Shown piece by piece: positions 13,995-27,976 of a DNA stretch of 64,000 bases. The stretch is from assembly GCA_973895155.1 (NCBI GenBank), contig OZ316894.1:23806709-23870708 (forward strand). The letters run 5' to 3'. Made by a program: the position numbers and the translations under genes. The notes below the pieces were generated by a model. The model ran no database searches and was not told the DNA's origin. It saw only the letters and a program-made list of their open reading frames with translations. The first letter of the stretch is position 1. Every line of letters starts with the position of its first letter. This stretch comes from Marsupella aquatica. Its lineage: Eukaryota; Plantae; Marchantiophyta.

Positions 13995-16900
13995 ATGGGT
14001 GAAACGCGTCTGCTGCTGCTCGTGTTCACGATCTGCTTGCTTTTGCTGCGGTGTCCAGTTGAGGCAGGAAGCGTCTTCTTCTATAACACAGGAGCACGGC
14101 CGGTTCCAGACAAGCTCAATTTACATCTGGTGCCGCATACTCACGACGACCTGGGCTGGCTTCAAACAGCGGATCAATACTACATTGGTCCAGATAGCAC
14201 GCGAGAAGATAATCTTGAGGCAAGTCCTATTCATCCAATTTTCTGCCCCTATGATTGTCACTACATCCTTAACGAAATCGATTGATCGTCGCAAATTTAG
14301 GCATTACAAATACGCAGCTTCGCAAAGGAAAAATTAGGGACAAGCCTACAAAGGACCTCGAATTTACATTACTGTCAATTGATCTCCATAATTAGAACTT
14401 TTCAACTATCAGCCGTTAGCAAAGACAAAACTAAGAGAGAAGACTCGGAGATTTTGACTCCGTATAATAGGTGCGCCAGAGAACTGTTCATAGAAGTCCA
14501 AACGATTGCGCATTTCTCTTAGCAATAGTTTTGAACCTCGACTTATCTGTCTTTCAAAGTATCTGCATACTCTGATATGTCGATCAAGATGGTTCATGTA
14601 AGGTCTCTAACGCCAAGACCCGAATTAGTCTGGTTGGAGTAAGAATTAACTGAACATCTTTATTACTGGTTATGGTCGATTTGCAGGGTAGTCCAGGAGT
14701 GCAGTTCATTCTTCACACAATTATCCAAGAGCTCGAGGAGGACCCGCATCGGAAATTCTCCTATGCAGAGACGGTACGAAAAAGCTGTTTATTAAGTCAT
14801 CTACACTTTCCATCTTGAAACTTCGTCTGCCATCGAAGGCTCTGGACGATATTGTAGATTTTTCAGGTGTTCGACGAGTACTTGTAAGGAGTACATCAAA
14901 GTTTCTCGCAAAAGCTCGGTACAGTAGTCTATTGTGACGTTTTCGCGATGAATGTGGATGAGAGGCAAATTAGCTAGGCGCCATCCTTAATACGCTATTG
15001 CCAAAGTCCATAGGGTATTAAGGATGGCGCAGAGGAATTGCCACCTCTAATTCGGAAAACTCTGTGGACATCATATTCGGAAAACTCGGGAATTAAGACA
15101 ACTGGATCGATTGACAATAAGTTTAGCGTACATACATTGGCTACAGGGTTATTTTGCGCGGTGGTGGAGAGAACAATCGCCGGCAAAGCAAGCTAGGGTG
15201 AAACGACTCGTGGCATCAGGGCAGTTAGAATTCGTGTAAGCAACAGACTTGTTGACATTTTGCTTTCAGGATATATTTCCTCGGATGGTCGGATCTTTAC
15301 CCAGACGAGCTCACAATTAGCAGACAGGTTGAAGCTCAATGTTCAGAACTGCGCAGTAGTCTGCTGGCTGTCTTTTGATCGATAAGCTGAAGATAAAAAA
15401 TGAATGAGGCAGAAACCAGAGGAGAACGAACATAGAATATTACCCTTGAACCTCCACAGGCCATTTCAGTTTGACGACGGATTTCATCGTACCCTTGATC
15501 GAAGCGTTGATCAGTTGTCCTTGGATCAGGAGCCAGGAAGGCCGTCAAATGAAACATTGCTTGTGATTTTAACTGAGCTCGATGTATTCCCTGCGTGTAT
15601 AAATCTGACAATCACTCAATTGCAGCAACGGGGGATGGTGCATGCACGATGAAGCAACCACGCACTACGTGGATATGATCGATCAGACGACATTGGGGCA
15701 CCGCCATCTCAAAAACTACTTCGGAATCGTTCCTCGGAACGGCTGGCAGATTGATCCCTTTGGTCATTCGGCCGTCCAGGCTTACCTTCTTACGGCTGAG
15801 GCCGGGTTCGATGGGATGTTTGTGGCGAGGATTGACTATCAAGATAAGCAAGAGCGGTTGGACAAAAAGGCGCTTGAAATGATTTGGCGAGGTTCAGATA
15901 CCTTTGGAGCCAGTTCTCAGATCTTCATGGACGTATTTCAAAATCACTACTCTCCCCCATTCACGTTCAACTTTGAGCCATATGATTCCAACTTGACTCC
16001 GGTTCAGGATGATCCTCGTCTCGAGGGATATAACGTCCATCAGCGAGTAAGTGACCTCATCTGGCAGGCAGAGACGCAGTCTACTGTGACTCGGACGAAT
16101 CATGTCATGTGGACAATGGGAGACGACTTTGCCTACCAGACAGCCAGCAGCTGGTATTCTGCCATGGACAGGCTCATTCACTACGCCAACCTCGATGGTC
16201 GTGTTAACGTGTTGTACTCCACCCCGACAATCTACTTGGAATGTAAGCATGCAGCGAATGAAACTTGGCCCCTCAAGAGAGGCGACTTCTTCCCTTACGC
16301 AGACAATCAGGAAAGTTACTGGACCGGCTACTTCACAAGCAGACCAGCTCTAAAGGGCTATGTGAGGACCCTCAGTGGCTACCTTCAAGCAGCTAGGCAG
16401 CTGGAGTTTCTCAGAGGAAGGCAGGCTAACACAGGTGGGTTCACCACTGATTCTCTGGAAGAAGCAATGGCAACTGTACAGCATCATGATGGGGTGGCTG
16501 GCACAGAGAGGCAAGCTGTTGCGGATGATTATGCCCGGGCACTGTACATTGGATCTGAGGAGTCCAAGCATGTCATCAACGGAGCGCTAGAATTCTTCAC
16601 CGGTGGCGTAAACGGAACCTATCAACAATGTGGGCTGTTGAATGTCTCATACTGCCCGGCATCTGAAGCCGTCATGTCTCCTGATGCGAACGAGACTGCG
16701 AAGTTTCTGTATGTGGTTGTGTACAACCCACTTGCTTGGCGCCGTGTGGAGTACATTCGCATTCCCGTTACAAGCAAAAATGTGATCGTCACGGATTCAA
16801 CAGGGAATGTGGTCGAGTCCCAAACTCTACCTATCAGCAATGTCACAAGAAGCCTGAGAGACTTCTACGTCGAAGCAAACTATGGTGTGCAACCGGCCGA

Positions 16901-18350
16901 TGGGCCTCTCTTCGACCTTATCTTCAAAGCGGTAGTCCCTCCCCTTGGTTTCGCTTCTTTTTCCATCGATCCGACAACATCACTTGAGCTAGCATCTGGC
17001 GCTGCAGTTGAGTCCACTGTCGAATCACCTGGCCAGGCAGAAACGCCTACAGAAACAATGCAGATCGGAAACGGAGTTCTAGCACTTACGTTCTCCACCA
17101 CAGGACATCTCTTCAGCATCTTCTCCAATGAAACTAGAATCACCCACAGCCTGACTCAAACGAATCTCTTTTACGTGAGCGACGACACGAACGGGCAGTT
17201 ATCCGGAGCATATATCTTCAAACCGTTTACAGTAACATACGCCGTAAATGATTCGGCATCCGGAGACTTGACCTTCCAACCGTATCAAAATAATACTACA
17301 GACGAAGTAAACAAAAGGGCTACCGTCTACAACACCATCGTTCGAGGTCCTTTGGTGGAAGAGGTCTGGCAGGAATTTTCTCCATGGGTGTCTCAAGTCA
17401 TGAGAGTATACAAGGGGCAATCGCATGTGGAGGTGGAATTCACAATCGGACCCATTCCAGTTGACGACGGTGTCGGAAAGGAGGTCATCACCAGCTTTTC
17501 TACCAGCCTAGAGAGCTCCAAGGTGTTCTACACTGATTCAAATGGCCGAGATTTTATCAAGAGAATCAGAGATTACAGGGATAGTTGGAGTCTGAACGTG
17601 TCACAGCCTGTAAGTAGCAATTACTATCCCATCAATCTGGGGATGTTTATAACTGACAACGAGACTGATTTTTCAGTGCTAGTCGACCGTGCAGTGGGCG
17701 GTGCTAGCTTGGCCGATGGGCAAGTTGAGCTTATGCTGCACAGGCGGCTGTTGGTTGATGATGGCAGAGGGGTGGATGCCGGTCTGAATGAAAGGGTTTG
17801 CAATGGCGATGACTGTGAAGGGCTGACCATACGAGGCCGGTACTTTATGTCCATGAAACCCAAAACAGACGCTGCAATCTGGAGAAGGACTCTAGGGCAG
17901 GCAATCCTTTCTCCTCCTCTACTAGCGTTCGCTGAGGCGACCGGGGAGCCATTTGGGGAATTTTCAGCTCTGGCTCCCAACACCACGTTACCTGAAAATG
18001 TTGCTCTGCTCACTCTTCAGGAGCTAGAGACTGGGTACGTGCTGTTGCGCTTGGCTCATCTCTATCAGGTAAATGAGCACCCTATACTGTCACAACTTGC
18101 CATTGTGGACCTGAAGAGCCTCTTCTATGGCTGCCAAATCATCAACGCCACTGAAACTAGCCTCACAGCAAACCAGGCTAAATCAGATATGAGAAAGCCC
18201 CTTCAATGGAACGTGGAAGGGGAGAATGCTGCTGGTGCTGCACAAGTCAACCTGCCCATCAGAGGGGCTACCTTCGACGCTTCTGCTCTTCAAGTTGAGC
18301 TAGGACCCATGGAAATCCGGACGTTTCTTGTGTCGCTAAACAAGATATGA
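13995..18350 (+). CDS. Secreted/vacuolar alpha-mannosidase, glycoside hydrolase family 38 (exons 13995-14219, 14687-14773, 15147-15235, 15626-18350)
   Basis: Signal peptide MGETRLLLLVFTICLLLL; Zn motif HTHDDLGW; RKFSYAE; YFARWWREQ...GQLEFVNGGWCMHDEA; nucleophile motif GWQIDPFGHS; WTMGDDF; YWTGYFTSRP; QHHDGVAGT; FYTDSNGRDF; ELMLHRRLL; C-terminal LGPMEIRTF. Splice phases are consistent. Confidence 0.95.
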
Positions 18351-21300
18351 GTTGGAAATCCCAGCCCTCGTGGTAAGTTCTGTCCTAGCAAAATAGTCGC
18401 AGGAAAAACGATGCTACGAGGCTCTGCTAAGAACAAGTTCATTATTCGTGCAGGGCCAGCAGGCCCATCTCATTATTTTGCTAAAACGAGGTCCAATCAG
18501 AACAAAGGGATTAGAGAGATTACATTTAGTACCCTCCAGGCAACTTCGACGCTAAGGCTCTGCTCAGAATAAGTTTGTTATTCATGGACGGCCAGAAGGC
18601 CAATCTCCATAGTCTAACATGTGAAAAAACATCATAGCAGAGGTCTAGGAGAAATTTTATGGCCTTCGATACCATCCCTTCCACTAGAAACGGACATCTG
18701 ATAAGACGAAGCAAAATTGGCTCAAAGAAAAGGTTTCATCAAAGATTTGATCAGGCAAACTGTGAAATATGAATGAATCATCATTGCCAATCACTTCGCG
18801 AGTCCTTTCCCCTCCGTCAGTGCAAAAGCCGAAATTAATTTGCCACATGTACATACTTCAAAAAGAGACGACCCTGAGTTCACGAAGCTACGGCTGTGAA
18901 ATGGAACGTTCATGGGACGTTACATGCTGTGAAATAACTCAGTTAGTCTACTACGAAACGATATTATTTCTTATCTTTGATCTACAAGCAGTTCGAGACT
19001 TCCACCACTACTGTACCGAAGGACTTCAGGAACTTGCATTGGCAAGGTCAAGCACCAAAACGCGCGTAATGAAAAACAACTATGCAAGCTTCCTCGTCGT
19101 GCACGATCGAATGAAGAAGCGAGAGGGGAGGCTTGTTTCAATCCAACAGCACAACAATCGGCGACAATCTGCAACGACAGTCATCTTTTCGCTACCGTGC
19201 TCTCTACTCTGGACTCCAGAACGGAAATGTCTTCAGTGACGAGAAAGGGTGCAGATATGAAGGCAACAAACGGAGCTCTGGAAATAGGGTTAGGGTTTGA
19301 GGCCTGGAAACATGGGCGCCTTCGATCTTCATCGGACGGTTCAATCCATGGTTTCTATGAGAGCTTTTTTTCTGGGCGGAGAGGCAATGGTCGGTGCCAA
19401 TGAAAGAGGTCTTGGGGTGTTTTGTTCTTGGTTTCATGGGCTTACCCTTGGGTCTCCTCTCCTTAGGAGGTCTCATGGTTTGGCTTCTTTTTTCCTTTAA
19501 TGTTTGGGCTGTTGCTTTTTTTTTGTAGTCTGAAATATATACGAGCTAATTTCCATGTCATGCCTTTGGATTTCAGGTGGCAAAATGCAGGTTGGGCTTG
19601 TGCAGAAAACCTGTGTAAATGTTAAGTGTGTAGTGCTCCTTGATTGCAACTAAAGATAACAAAAGGCACTGCTGCAAGTTGTTGCTCCTCTCTGCACAAT
19701 GTTGCATTTGTGTTTTTCCTTTATTATGTAGTTTGAGGTAGGGACCTAGGGGCCGGAAAGTTTCCAGCCCTTGCCTTCAAAATTGCAAAATCTATGCCAT
19801 CAGGCCTGACATATGAGAGGGTTCAGGCTGGTTTCTCTTGCTCAATGAAACGGTGGTGTATGTGCTGCATTGTAAAGGGTCGCTCACATGCGAGTTGGGC
19901 CTGAAACTAGCCCAATGCCTGTGCATTGCATAGAAGATGTCAAAGCATGACAAAGATTGCAAATGAAGCAAAGAAATTGTCAAGGAAGCAAAGAAATTGT
20001 CGATACATCTTATGTGTTGCTGGGTGGACATGCAATTATTTTGACCATGTTATCATTGTCAAAGTGTTATCAGGAATGAATGCTTAAGTTTAATGGCAGG
20101 CAAAAATGATTTTTGCCCGATTTGATAATCATAAAAATCAGTATTGAGTCAGGCTCAATTTCATTTCCTAAAGCAAACTACATGGAATGTTTGGGTGGTA
20201 CAAACTACATGCTATTGATCATGATCATTCATATTATTATAAAAAATAATGATAACATGCTATATACCCAATGTCCATGTGTTGCATGATTGTCACTGCA
20301 TACGTGTTGTCATAGGAGGGGCGGGGCGATAGATGGGGGATTGTGGCTGGGGGTCTTGGGATCTAGCGTGGTCACCTTGCACCATATGGAGGGAGATTGA
20401 ATTGTTTTCTCTTTCTGGTCACCTGATTCTTACATCTCCTCGATCTCTTGCACCTTCCCTTTCTCTTCTTTTGCTCTCCCTCCCTTCCTCGCTCCAACAT
20501 GATATAAAATGAGAATGAAAACACCAGGAAGAAAAACAAATTTATCCCAAAGAAATAGGAAAATGCCACTCCTCCATGCATAGCTAAATCCAAAATAGCA
20601 CTTATACCAATGTTTGCGGTGCTTAAATGCTTACAAGTAATCACCCAGCACATGTACCTTGTCTGAAGTACCTAATGGAGAAACAAGTATATCCGTCGGG
20701 TATGCCGCTCAGTCAATCCAAGGGTGTCAAAAATGACTAAAAATAGTCCTCTTTCATTTGGCTGTCCATGTGTCTTGACATGTGACAATCAGACAAAAAA
20801 CATTTCTTGTTCATATTTGCCTCCATCCCTGTTTTTTTGTAGAAAACATTTCTTGATCATCATGTTTGCTTTCAATTAGAGTCATGGTCTAGAGGCTTCA
20901 CTCTAGACATTAGTCCCAAGGAGTAACTATTAATTGTGGTTTATTAGTTAGATTTGCACCATGAGTCTATTATCTCCTTTCTTTTTCCAGAACCAATACC
21001 TTACTTAGTGGTACCCTGGCCAATTAGATTAGGTGAACGAGACCAAATGAGTGGACAGTGAGTTAATCACATATATGGCAGGGTTACTCCTCCAGGAAGT
21101 GGACTAGTAAACCCTATGTCAACCCATCTCCACAAAAATTGATAGGAAAAGTCTGTAACAACATTTTCTGTAGCTTTGGCTGTGTGATAGTCAGGGACCT
21201 TTTTTGTGCAGGCTTGTTGTGTTGTCAACACTGTTGGGCTTGCTTTGTAGATTTTTCAGCTTGCTTAATATTTTGCTTTGTGGTTGGGTTTGAACATTTG

Positions 21301-22003
21301 CTCCAGGCATGCCTCTAGGATCATTTTTGCTGCAAGGAAGATTGCGCATTGGTGAGCAACTTACAGTGGTTTCTTCACATCATAGTTTCTTCAGCGCTGG
21401 TCAGTTGCATGTTGCACAATGCCTTGCTTTACTTTGGGCTGTGATCTCATTTATTCAGACTTTAGATTGGGGTTAAGTCACTTGTGACTAACAGCTTTTG
21501 GTCACGGACCTGTGAAGTTAATATGGTGATTTCGATTTGGGTACGTCACATCACACCATGCCTTCCCCCCCTGCCGCCCACCCCCCATCCCCCAAGAAAA
21601 CATAAACTACATAAATTCTGTTACTGATGGTAGTGATGGAGAGGCAAGCCGATGTCTACTAGGACAGTCTACTCTCTCTAAGTGCACAGTCTATGGAAGA
21701 AGCCAAAGGTGAACACTCATCCAGAGTTTGCACTAAGTGATAATTGTAGCACTTAGTGATAATTGCAAATCAAATCAAGGGTTTGCATTTATGTTTTTGC
21801 CATTGTCTACTGAAGACCTCAATAAACTTACAAAGAGTGCAAAACATTTTCAATTCTGTTGGGCAAAAGAAGGACATTGGCCTTGCACTAAACTACAGTT
21901 TTGTAGTTACGGAGACCAAACTTATGCCTAGTTTTCACTATGGTATGGAACTCAGTTCTACTTAATTTCATTGCGTTACTAGCCTTGCCTATGCGTTCCA
22001 CAA

Positions 22004-22260
22004 AAGATATTGAGGTGAGAAAAGATGTCAAGGTGAGAAAAAGATGTCAAGGAGAGAAAAATATAACAAAATGAGAAAAATATAAAATGTTGAGGTGATA
22101 AAAGATGTCAAGGTGAAGAACAGATGTCAAGCCCAATGAGAAAAGATATTGAGGAGAGAAAATATATCGAGGATGAAAAAAATGTCATGGTGAGATAAAG
22201 ACGTCAAGGCAAGGTATAGATATTAAGGAAAGATAAATATGTAAAAAATAGAAAATGATA
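22004..22260 (+). repeat. Degenerate purine-rich minisatellite (~19-20-bp unit aaagatgtcaaggtgagaa)
   Basis: About ten degenerate copies are visible. Confidence 0.7.
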
Positions 22261-22899
22261 TTTAGAGAGACATGGCTATGTGATAGCTCACTTAAATTCA
22301 AATATTGTGATTGACTTTTCCATTTCTATGGGGTTTCACAGATTCCCCCCCTGTAAAAAAATTAGAAAAAGATGTGAGGTGAGGCAAAAACATATATAAG
22401 TTTAGTGATGTAGTTGTTTATGCATGTTATGTGTGACTCTACCATACAATTGTTATGGTTCTGTTCAATAACCTGTGCATTGCACACTGATATTGGAGTT
22501 GCAAGATAATTGCCACCTCATCATAGAATCCAAGCACAACCTAATAACAAGAAAATTGTCATTTTTCAGTTAAATTTTTTCTTAATTTTCAAAAGTTTTA
22601 AAGTTTTATTCCAAATTGATTAATTTTAATGTAAATTAAATTAATTATTATTAATTAACTGTTTTATCTAGGGCAGACTAAAAGGCAGTTTGGGCATACC
22701 TTTATTTTAGATGAAGGGTTATAAAGACGCTTTTTCTTTTTGCTTAACATTAAATATAATTCACTTTCTGTTTATTCCTTTCACTTTTTCAGGTTTTCAT
22801 TTATTCCATTCAAAAGAGCACCCCAAATTTGAATGAGGAACAGTTTCTGATTACCAGACAGCCACCCGCTTTCCTTTTGCAAATTGTTTTGTGCCTTCT

Positions 22900-23360
22900 G
22901 CTCTCTCCCAGCCCCGGCATTTGTACACATCATATTATCACAATTACACGTGCCTGCACATCCTCACAATCCTTGAGATCCTTGCTCGCCCACGGCATTT
23001 TGCAATCTTGGCCATCACGGTATATCAGAGCAATTACGCGTTCTTTCGGATCCTCGCCCGGCTCCCGGCATTTTATCCCACGGTATACTATAGCAATTAC
23101 GCGTGCGTCCCAATCCTCGCCCGGCCCCGGCATTTTTTTGCACGGTATATCATTGCAATTACGCGTTCCTTCCTATCCTCGCCCGGCTCCCTGCATTTTC
23201 TTCCACGGTGTATCATCGCAATTACGCGTGCCTTCGATCCTCCCCTGGCTCCCGGCATTTCCTCGCACGGTGTATCATCGCAATTACGCGTGCCTTCCGA
23301 TTCTCGCTTGGCCCCCGGTATTATTCCTCACGGTATATTATCGCAATTACGAGTGCCCGG
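22900..23360 (+). repeat. Tandem array of ~62-63-bp units (~7 copies) upstream of the RRG-like gene
   Basis: Unit cacggt(a/g)tatcatcgcaattacgcgtgcctt(c)cgatcctcgcccggctcccggcattt. The caattac core recurs at ~22941, 23031, 23094, 23156, 23219, 23281 and 23344. Confidence 0.9.
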
Positions 23361-23759
23361 CGACGTCTCGTGAAAAGCGACCCTTCCGTCTTCTGTCTTC
23401 TCTTTTTGGCCTGCGGAGTGAAGATCTCTGTCCAGGCAGAATTGTTGGTGTGTGAGATCCTGTCTCGAATCTTGGTTCTCCTCTGCCGCACTCCATCGCG
23501 GTATCCCGTCGGCCTTTCGATGCGAGGAGGACGCCGGAAGGGGAATGGAATTGAATGGATACCGGGAGAAATGTGAATGCGGAGGTCTGGCGTTGGGAGA
23601 TTCGGATTCACCAGGGAGACAGAGGAAGCGCATTGGGATCTCTGGATGGTGGAGCAGTGACGATTAGTTCGACTGATAGGACTGAGAAATTAAGTGAGAG
23701 GTCGTGCTGTCGTGGACAATGAGCCATACAGACGAGAATAGAGGAGGAGCAGCTGCTGC

Positions 23760-26700
23760 ATGATGGGGAGGGGCGGGGGAGGCCCGAGTCAGTGGAGGCG
23801 ATGGCATGAATTGGGAGGGAGGATTTTGGTGCTGGTTTGTAAACAGAGAAGTGGGGGACAGGAGCAGAATGTGGCCTCCCCTTTGCTTCTGCGGGATGGG
23901 TCTGTTCTCTTCTCTTTCGTGAGAGGAGCTGCAACGTCGGCATGTGAACCCAAGGCCGCTTCTAGTGTCTGGATTCATAGTGATTGCACCACTTTTTCTC
24001 GAATCCCTTATTCAAAATGTGGCAACGCTACATTGTTGGGCAGAGCGAATGCCACCGTCTCTCCTTTGCCCAATGTACAACACCAGCGTAATTTCTCGAC
24101 TTCATCTGCGGGCCCTAGCAGGAATGCAAATGGCAGCCCTAAAGTTTTTTTGGGAGTTCAGAATAGAACTATGGATTTGGAGACGCTTGGATCGACCCCG
24201 CGTTTGGGTAGCAGCCTCAGCCAGCTTTCAGGGGTGCCTGTAGTGCGAAATTGTTGCCACTCTCGAGGGATATCCACCGCTACTAATGCTGGTTGGCCGG
24301 ATGGAGTAGAGCAACCGTCCACTCCTGAGAGTGGTGATCAGGATCCAGTATTTCCAATTTTTCCTTCGCACAACAGTTTCCCTTCTTTCAAACCTATTAG
24401 GAGAGGAGCTTCAGGGGTATCGATTGCCAATGCCATCCTTGATCCAGGCATTGACGTGCCATACATGTCTCGTGCGAGCAAACTGCCATTGCATTCTGCT
24501 CTCCCATCCCTTAGAGCCCATCGAGTAGGTGACCCTAGTTTGGCAGTCCTGCAAAGCTTCGAGGCCAGTGCTCCCTTGCCTGCAGGAGACACTGTGGATT
24601 GGCAGCATCAACGTCTAGGGAAGGTCAGGGATCAGGAGGCACGCTACCGACAACCACCTCCTCCTCCTCGCTCCGATGCGGAGCCAGACGACATTTTCAT
24701 ACCAGTGAAGGCTTTTTACATCTCCCGCAGGTTTTTACTACACCACACGTCGGTCGTTGAGAGATAGAGATGAGAGGGAGAGTACTGCTTCTGCCGGATT
24801 CCAAAGGTTTCATGATCGCAATCCAGCAAAACCAAGAAAATGAAATGTACTCTCTTTCATCAAGCGAAGTCGTATGCTAAATACTTCCTTGGAATTCCTA
24901 TTTGGTCGGCTGACGTAGAATATACGAATATTTGAATATTGTTAGGCGACAGCTATTACCTGAGATAGCTGTGGATTTGTATTTTTATTTTAGTCTATTC
25001 TTCGGAAGTTTAATGACCTTGATATCTCACTGAATAAAATAACACCGAGAGTAAAGCCTTAGCCTTCTGAACTTCATTCTCTCGTCATGTCTTCCCAGGA
25101 GATTAAGAGTCATCATTTGAAAATTTCTTCCGTCGCTTCTGAAACCTGAAATTCCTTTCAGAACAGTACATCCCAGGGAAGATAAATAGTCAACGAGAAT
25201 TCAATTTAAATTGTTCTGATTGTTTTTGTTATGTTGGGACGCGATGTGTGCAGTGTGGATTTGAAGAGTTTGGCTCGGGAACCCTTCCTTGAAGTGACCT
25301 CGTCTCGGAATAATCTCATCATAAGATGTGCTGATCGCCCCCCTCACTCACCTGTTACTGCAGATAACCCTGTACAGCTCTCCCCTTCTCTTCTAGTTCA
25401 AGAGTCGGGAGGTTACTAATTTATTTTCGCTGCATTGTCTAACTATGTAAATATTTCACTGTGAAGTCAGCATTAATGTTTCAACTCAATGATCCTACAG
25501 AATCGTTTTAGGCTGGTTGCTTCAACTGCCCTTGCCAAGGTTATCAAGTTTATCAAGTTTCTTGGGATTTGGTTCTTTCTAGAAGGTGTCGCATGACTAA
25601 GTCTAGATTGTTGAATGACCTTGAACAGGAGATGGCCTGTCTTGGATTTCTGAAGGAACGGTATATGGTTGCCTTTCAATATGGATCAGTTGTTTTTTTC
25701 AACTTTGGGGATCTGGAAGAAGTTGAGTCCCTGGACATTGTGAGAAAGTACTGCAGTGACGAGTTCAGGGAAGCAAGGAAAGATGGTAAGCATTTGGATA
25801 GTAAATATCTCCCCTTGGGCCTCGTTGACATTTTTTCCTGCATGTTTACGTGTTTCCCTGTTTCTGATTAGGTGAGTTGTAACAGAGCGAATAGTTGCAA
25901 CTATAGTAGGCCGCATCATGTTGAGACTCTTTGAAATAATTTTATGAACAGAAATGAGTTTCAAGATAAAAGGGAAGAGTGGAGGGAAATGACCAGTGAT
26001 TGCTGAATGGAGGATCAACCCTGGACCGTTTGCTTACAATACTGCACTGGTGCACTTGTCAATTGTGGAATCTCGCCAGTAAAAGTAAGAACCTCCCTCC
26101 AAGATGTTCTGAAAGGGCCTGGCTTGCACAAGAATGGCTTGCACAAGAAAGGAACTTCATTCCAAAAAGATGCAGTCCGAGGCCCTGGTTCCCACTCCAA
26201 AACGAAATACCACATCCTTTGTAAGCCATCTGGAAAGAGCTTGCAGTGAAGGTCCTTAGATCTGGCCAGTCGACATATGTAACAAATTTTCTTGAAATCT
26301 TGTCTCTAACAAGACTATTTGCGTCTAACAAGACTAATTGCTTTAATGTCCCTTATGAACCGTTTTGCACTAGAAGATTCAACATGAAAAGAGATTGAAT
26401 TTGATGTCTCTTGATAGCTAAACTAATCTCCCAAGAGCAATGCTTCGTCTCATAGCATTTCATGAAGTGAACTCTTTCGTCAAATTTCACAATTCTAATC
26501 TCATTCGAGTCCGATTGATTTGACTTCCAACTCACATGAACTAACGTATCGCTCTCAATAAGTCGAGCATTACTCGCTTTGAGCCTTGCTATTTGACTTC
26601 CAACTCACATAAACTAACGTATCGTTCTCAATAAATGAAGCATTACTCTCATTGAGCCTTGATATTGCCGTAGAGACGTTGTACTGAGCATCAATTTTTA

Positions 26701-27976
26701 AACCCGGATCTTGTAGATTACGGCGTGCTGGTACGACCGACATTATCGGAGTGGAGTGAGGGTGGACATGATCGAGTGATGCTGAGAAAACTGGACATCG
26801 ACAATATCCGAGTCATTTCCAGTATTCTAGGCCAAAGCATTGCCCTGGATCACTATGCTAGAAAGGTCGAAACTCGTCACGTCAATGATCATTTCCGTTT
26901 TATAATGGTCTGAGATCTTCCTCGAGGAGAATTAGTCTTGTCACCTGGTTTTCTTTATCCTTCTGATCTGTTATCCCGAACAAGTTTTACACTTGTGTGT
27001 GACAGGAGGATCACGTATTTTGTGGTCTCTGGATACTTTATGTAACACAATAAATCTTTTATCATGTTCATAACCGGGGTGCCCTCCTGGCAGGTTGACG
27101 AGATGGTGACTACGTTCAGTGAGTTAAATAGAGGGATGGAGCAGACCGGAACTTTTACCATGACGCGCAAAAGCCTGTTTCAGCTTGTTGCAGCGGCCAA
27201 CACAACTCTTGCAGATGTCATTCTGCGGCTGGGCCTTCTTGAAAGGTGACAAGAAGTGAATCAAAAGAAGGGTGTAGTCCGCCTCGGACAGTAGATCATT
27301 GAACGGCAAATAATAGGATCGGCAAATAGTAGGATCACTCTGCGAGCTATTGTAAAAGGATTATTAAGTCCACTCAAAAGTCGGGTGTTTGTGGGTTCAA
27401 AGCTTCCAAATTGTGGTTATCCTTTGTGTGGTGTTGACATCTGGTCATACAATTTTCCCTCCCTGTATTGCAGGTCGGATGCGGCATGGAAGGATGCCAA
27501 TTATGCACAGATCTGGGAATATCTCCGGGATGACTTTGAGCTCGATGAGCGATTTGAGAGTCTTGACTTCAAGCTGAACATTATTCAGGTAACGGACGAG
27601 GTGCATTTGTGTAGGGTTTAGGAGAGCCTAAGAATTCGTGCCTCTCGCGATAGTCGTATGACGTCCCCTCTTGCCTGTACAGATTTTTGATTCATTGCTG
27701 GCCGGGTCAAATTTCCTTCACTGCGTCATACTTAATCTAGTTTCCTCGTTGTTTTGTGAATTCTTTCCCTGGGTTGTAGATCATAATTGTATGTTATTTT
27801 GGTTTTAGACAAGCTAACTTCTTAATTTGTGGCCTTTGCAGCACAATGTCCGGTTTTTCCTTGAGATTCTTCAAAACCGGAAGTCTGATACGTTGGAGTG
27901 GATCATTATTCTTCTTATTACGGGAGAGATTTGTGTCTCCCTTTATGACATTCTTCACACAGCTGGAGCGATCTAA
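23760..27976 (+). CDS. RMND1/Sif2/DUF155 family mitochondrial protein (RETARDED ROOT GROWTH-like), ~7 exons
   Basis: Exons read: ...FIPVKAFYISR; SVDLKSL...SRNNLIIR; RYMVAFQYGSVVFFNF...IVRKYC; DIDNIRVISSILGQSIALDHYARK; VDEMVTTFSELNRGMEQTGTFTMTRKSLFQLVAAAN...LGLLER; SDAAWKDANYAQIWEYLRDDFELDERFESLDFKL; HNVRFFLEILQNRKSDTLEWIIILLI...stop at 27974-27976. Start codon is approximate. Confidence 0.9.
26518..26661 (+). repeat. 72-bp tandem duplication in an intron of the RRG-like gene
   Basis: atttgacttccaactcacat(g/a)aactaacgtatcg...gcattactc...ttgagccttg occurs twice. Confidence 0.85.

Noticed and set aside
22900-23360. CRISPR-like appearance (conserved core with variable linker)
   Set aside because: The linkers are homologous to each other and not unique spacers, there are no cas genes, and the context is eukaryotic. 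It is a tandem repeat.
22829-23633. ORFs of 100-208 aa in several frames
   Set aside because: By-products of the GC-rich tandem repeat, open in many frames on both strands.
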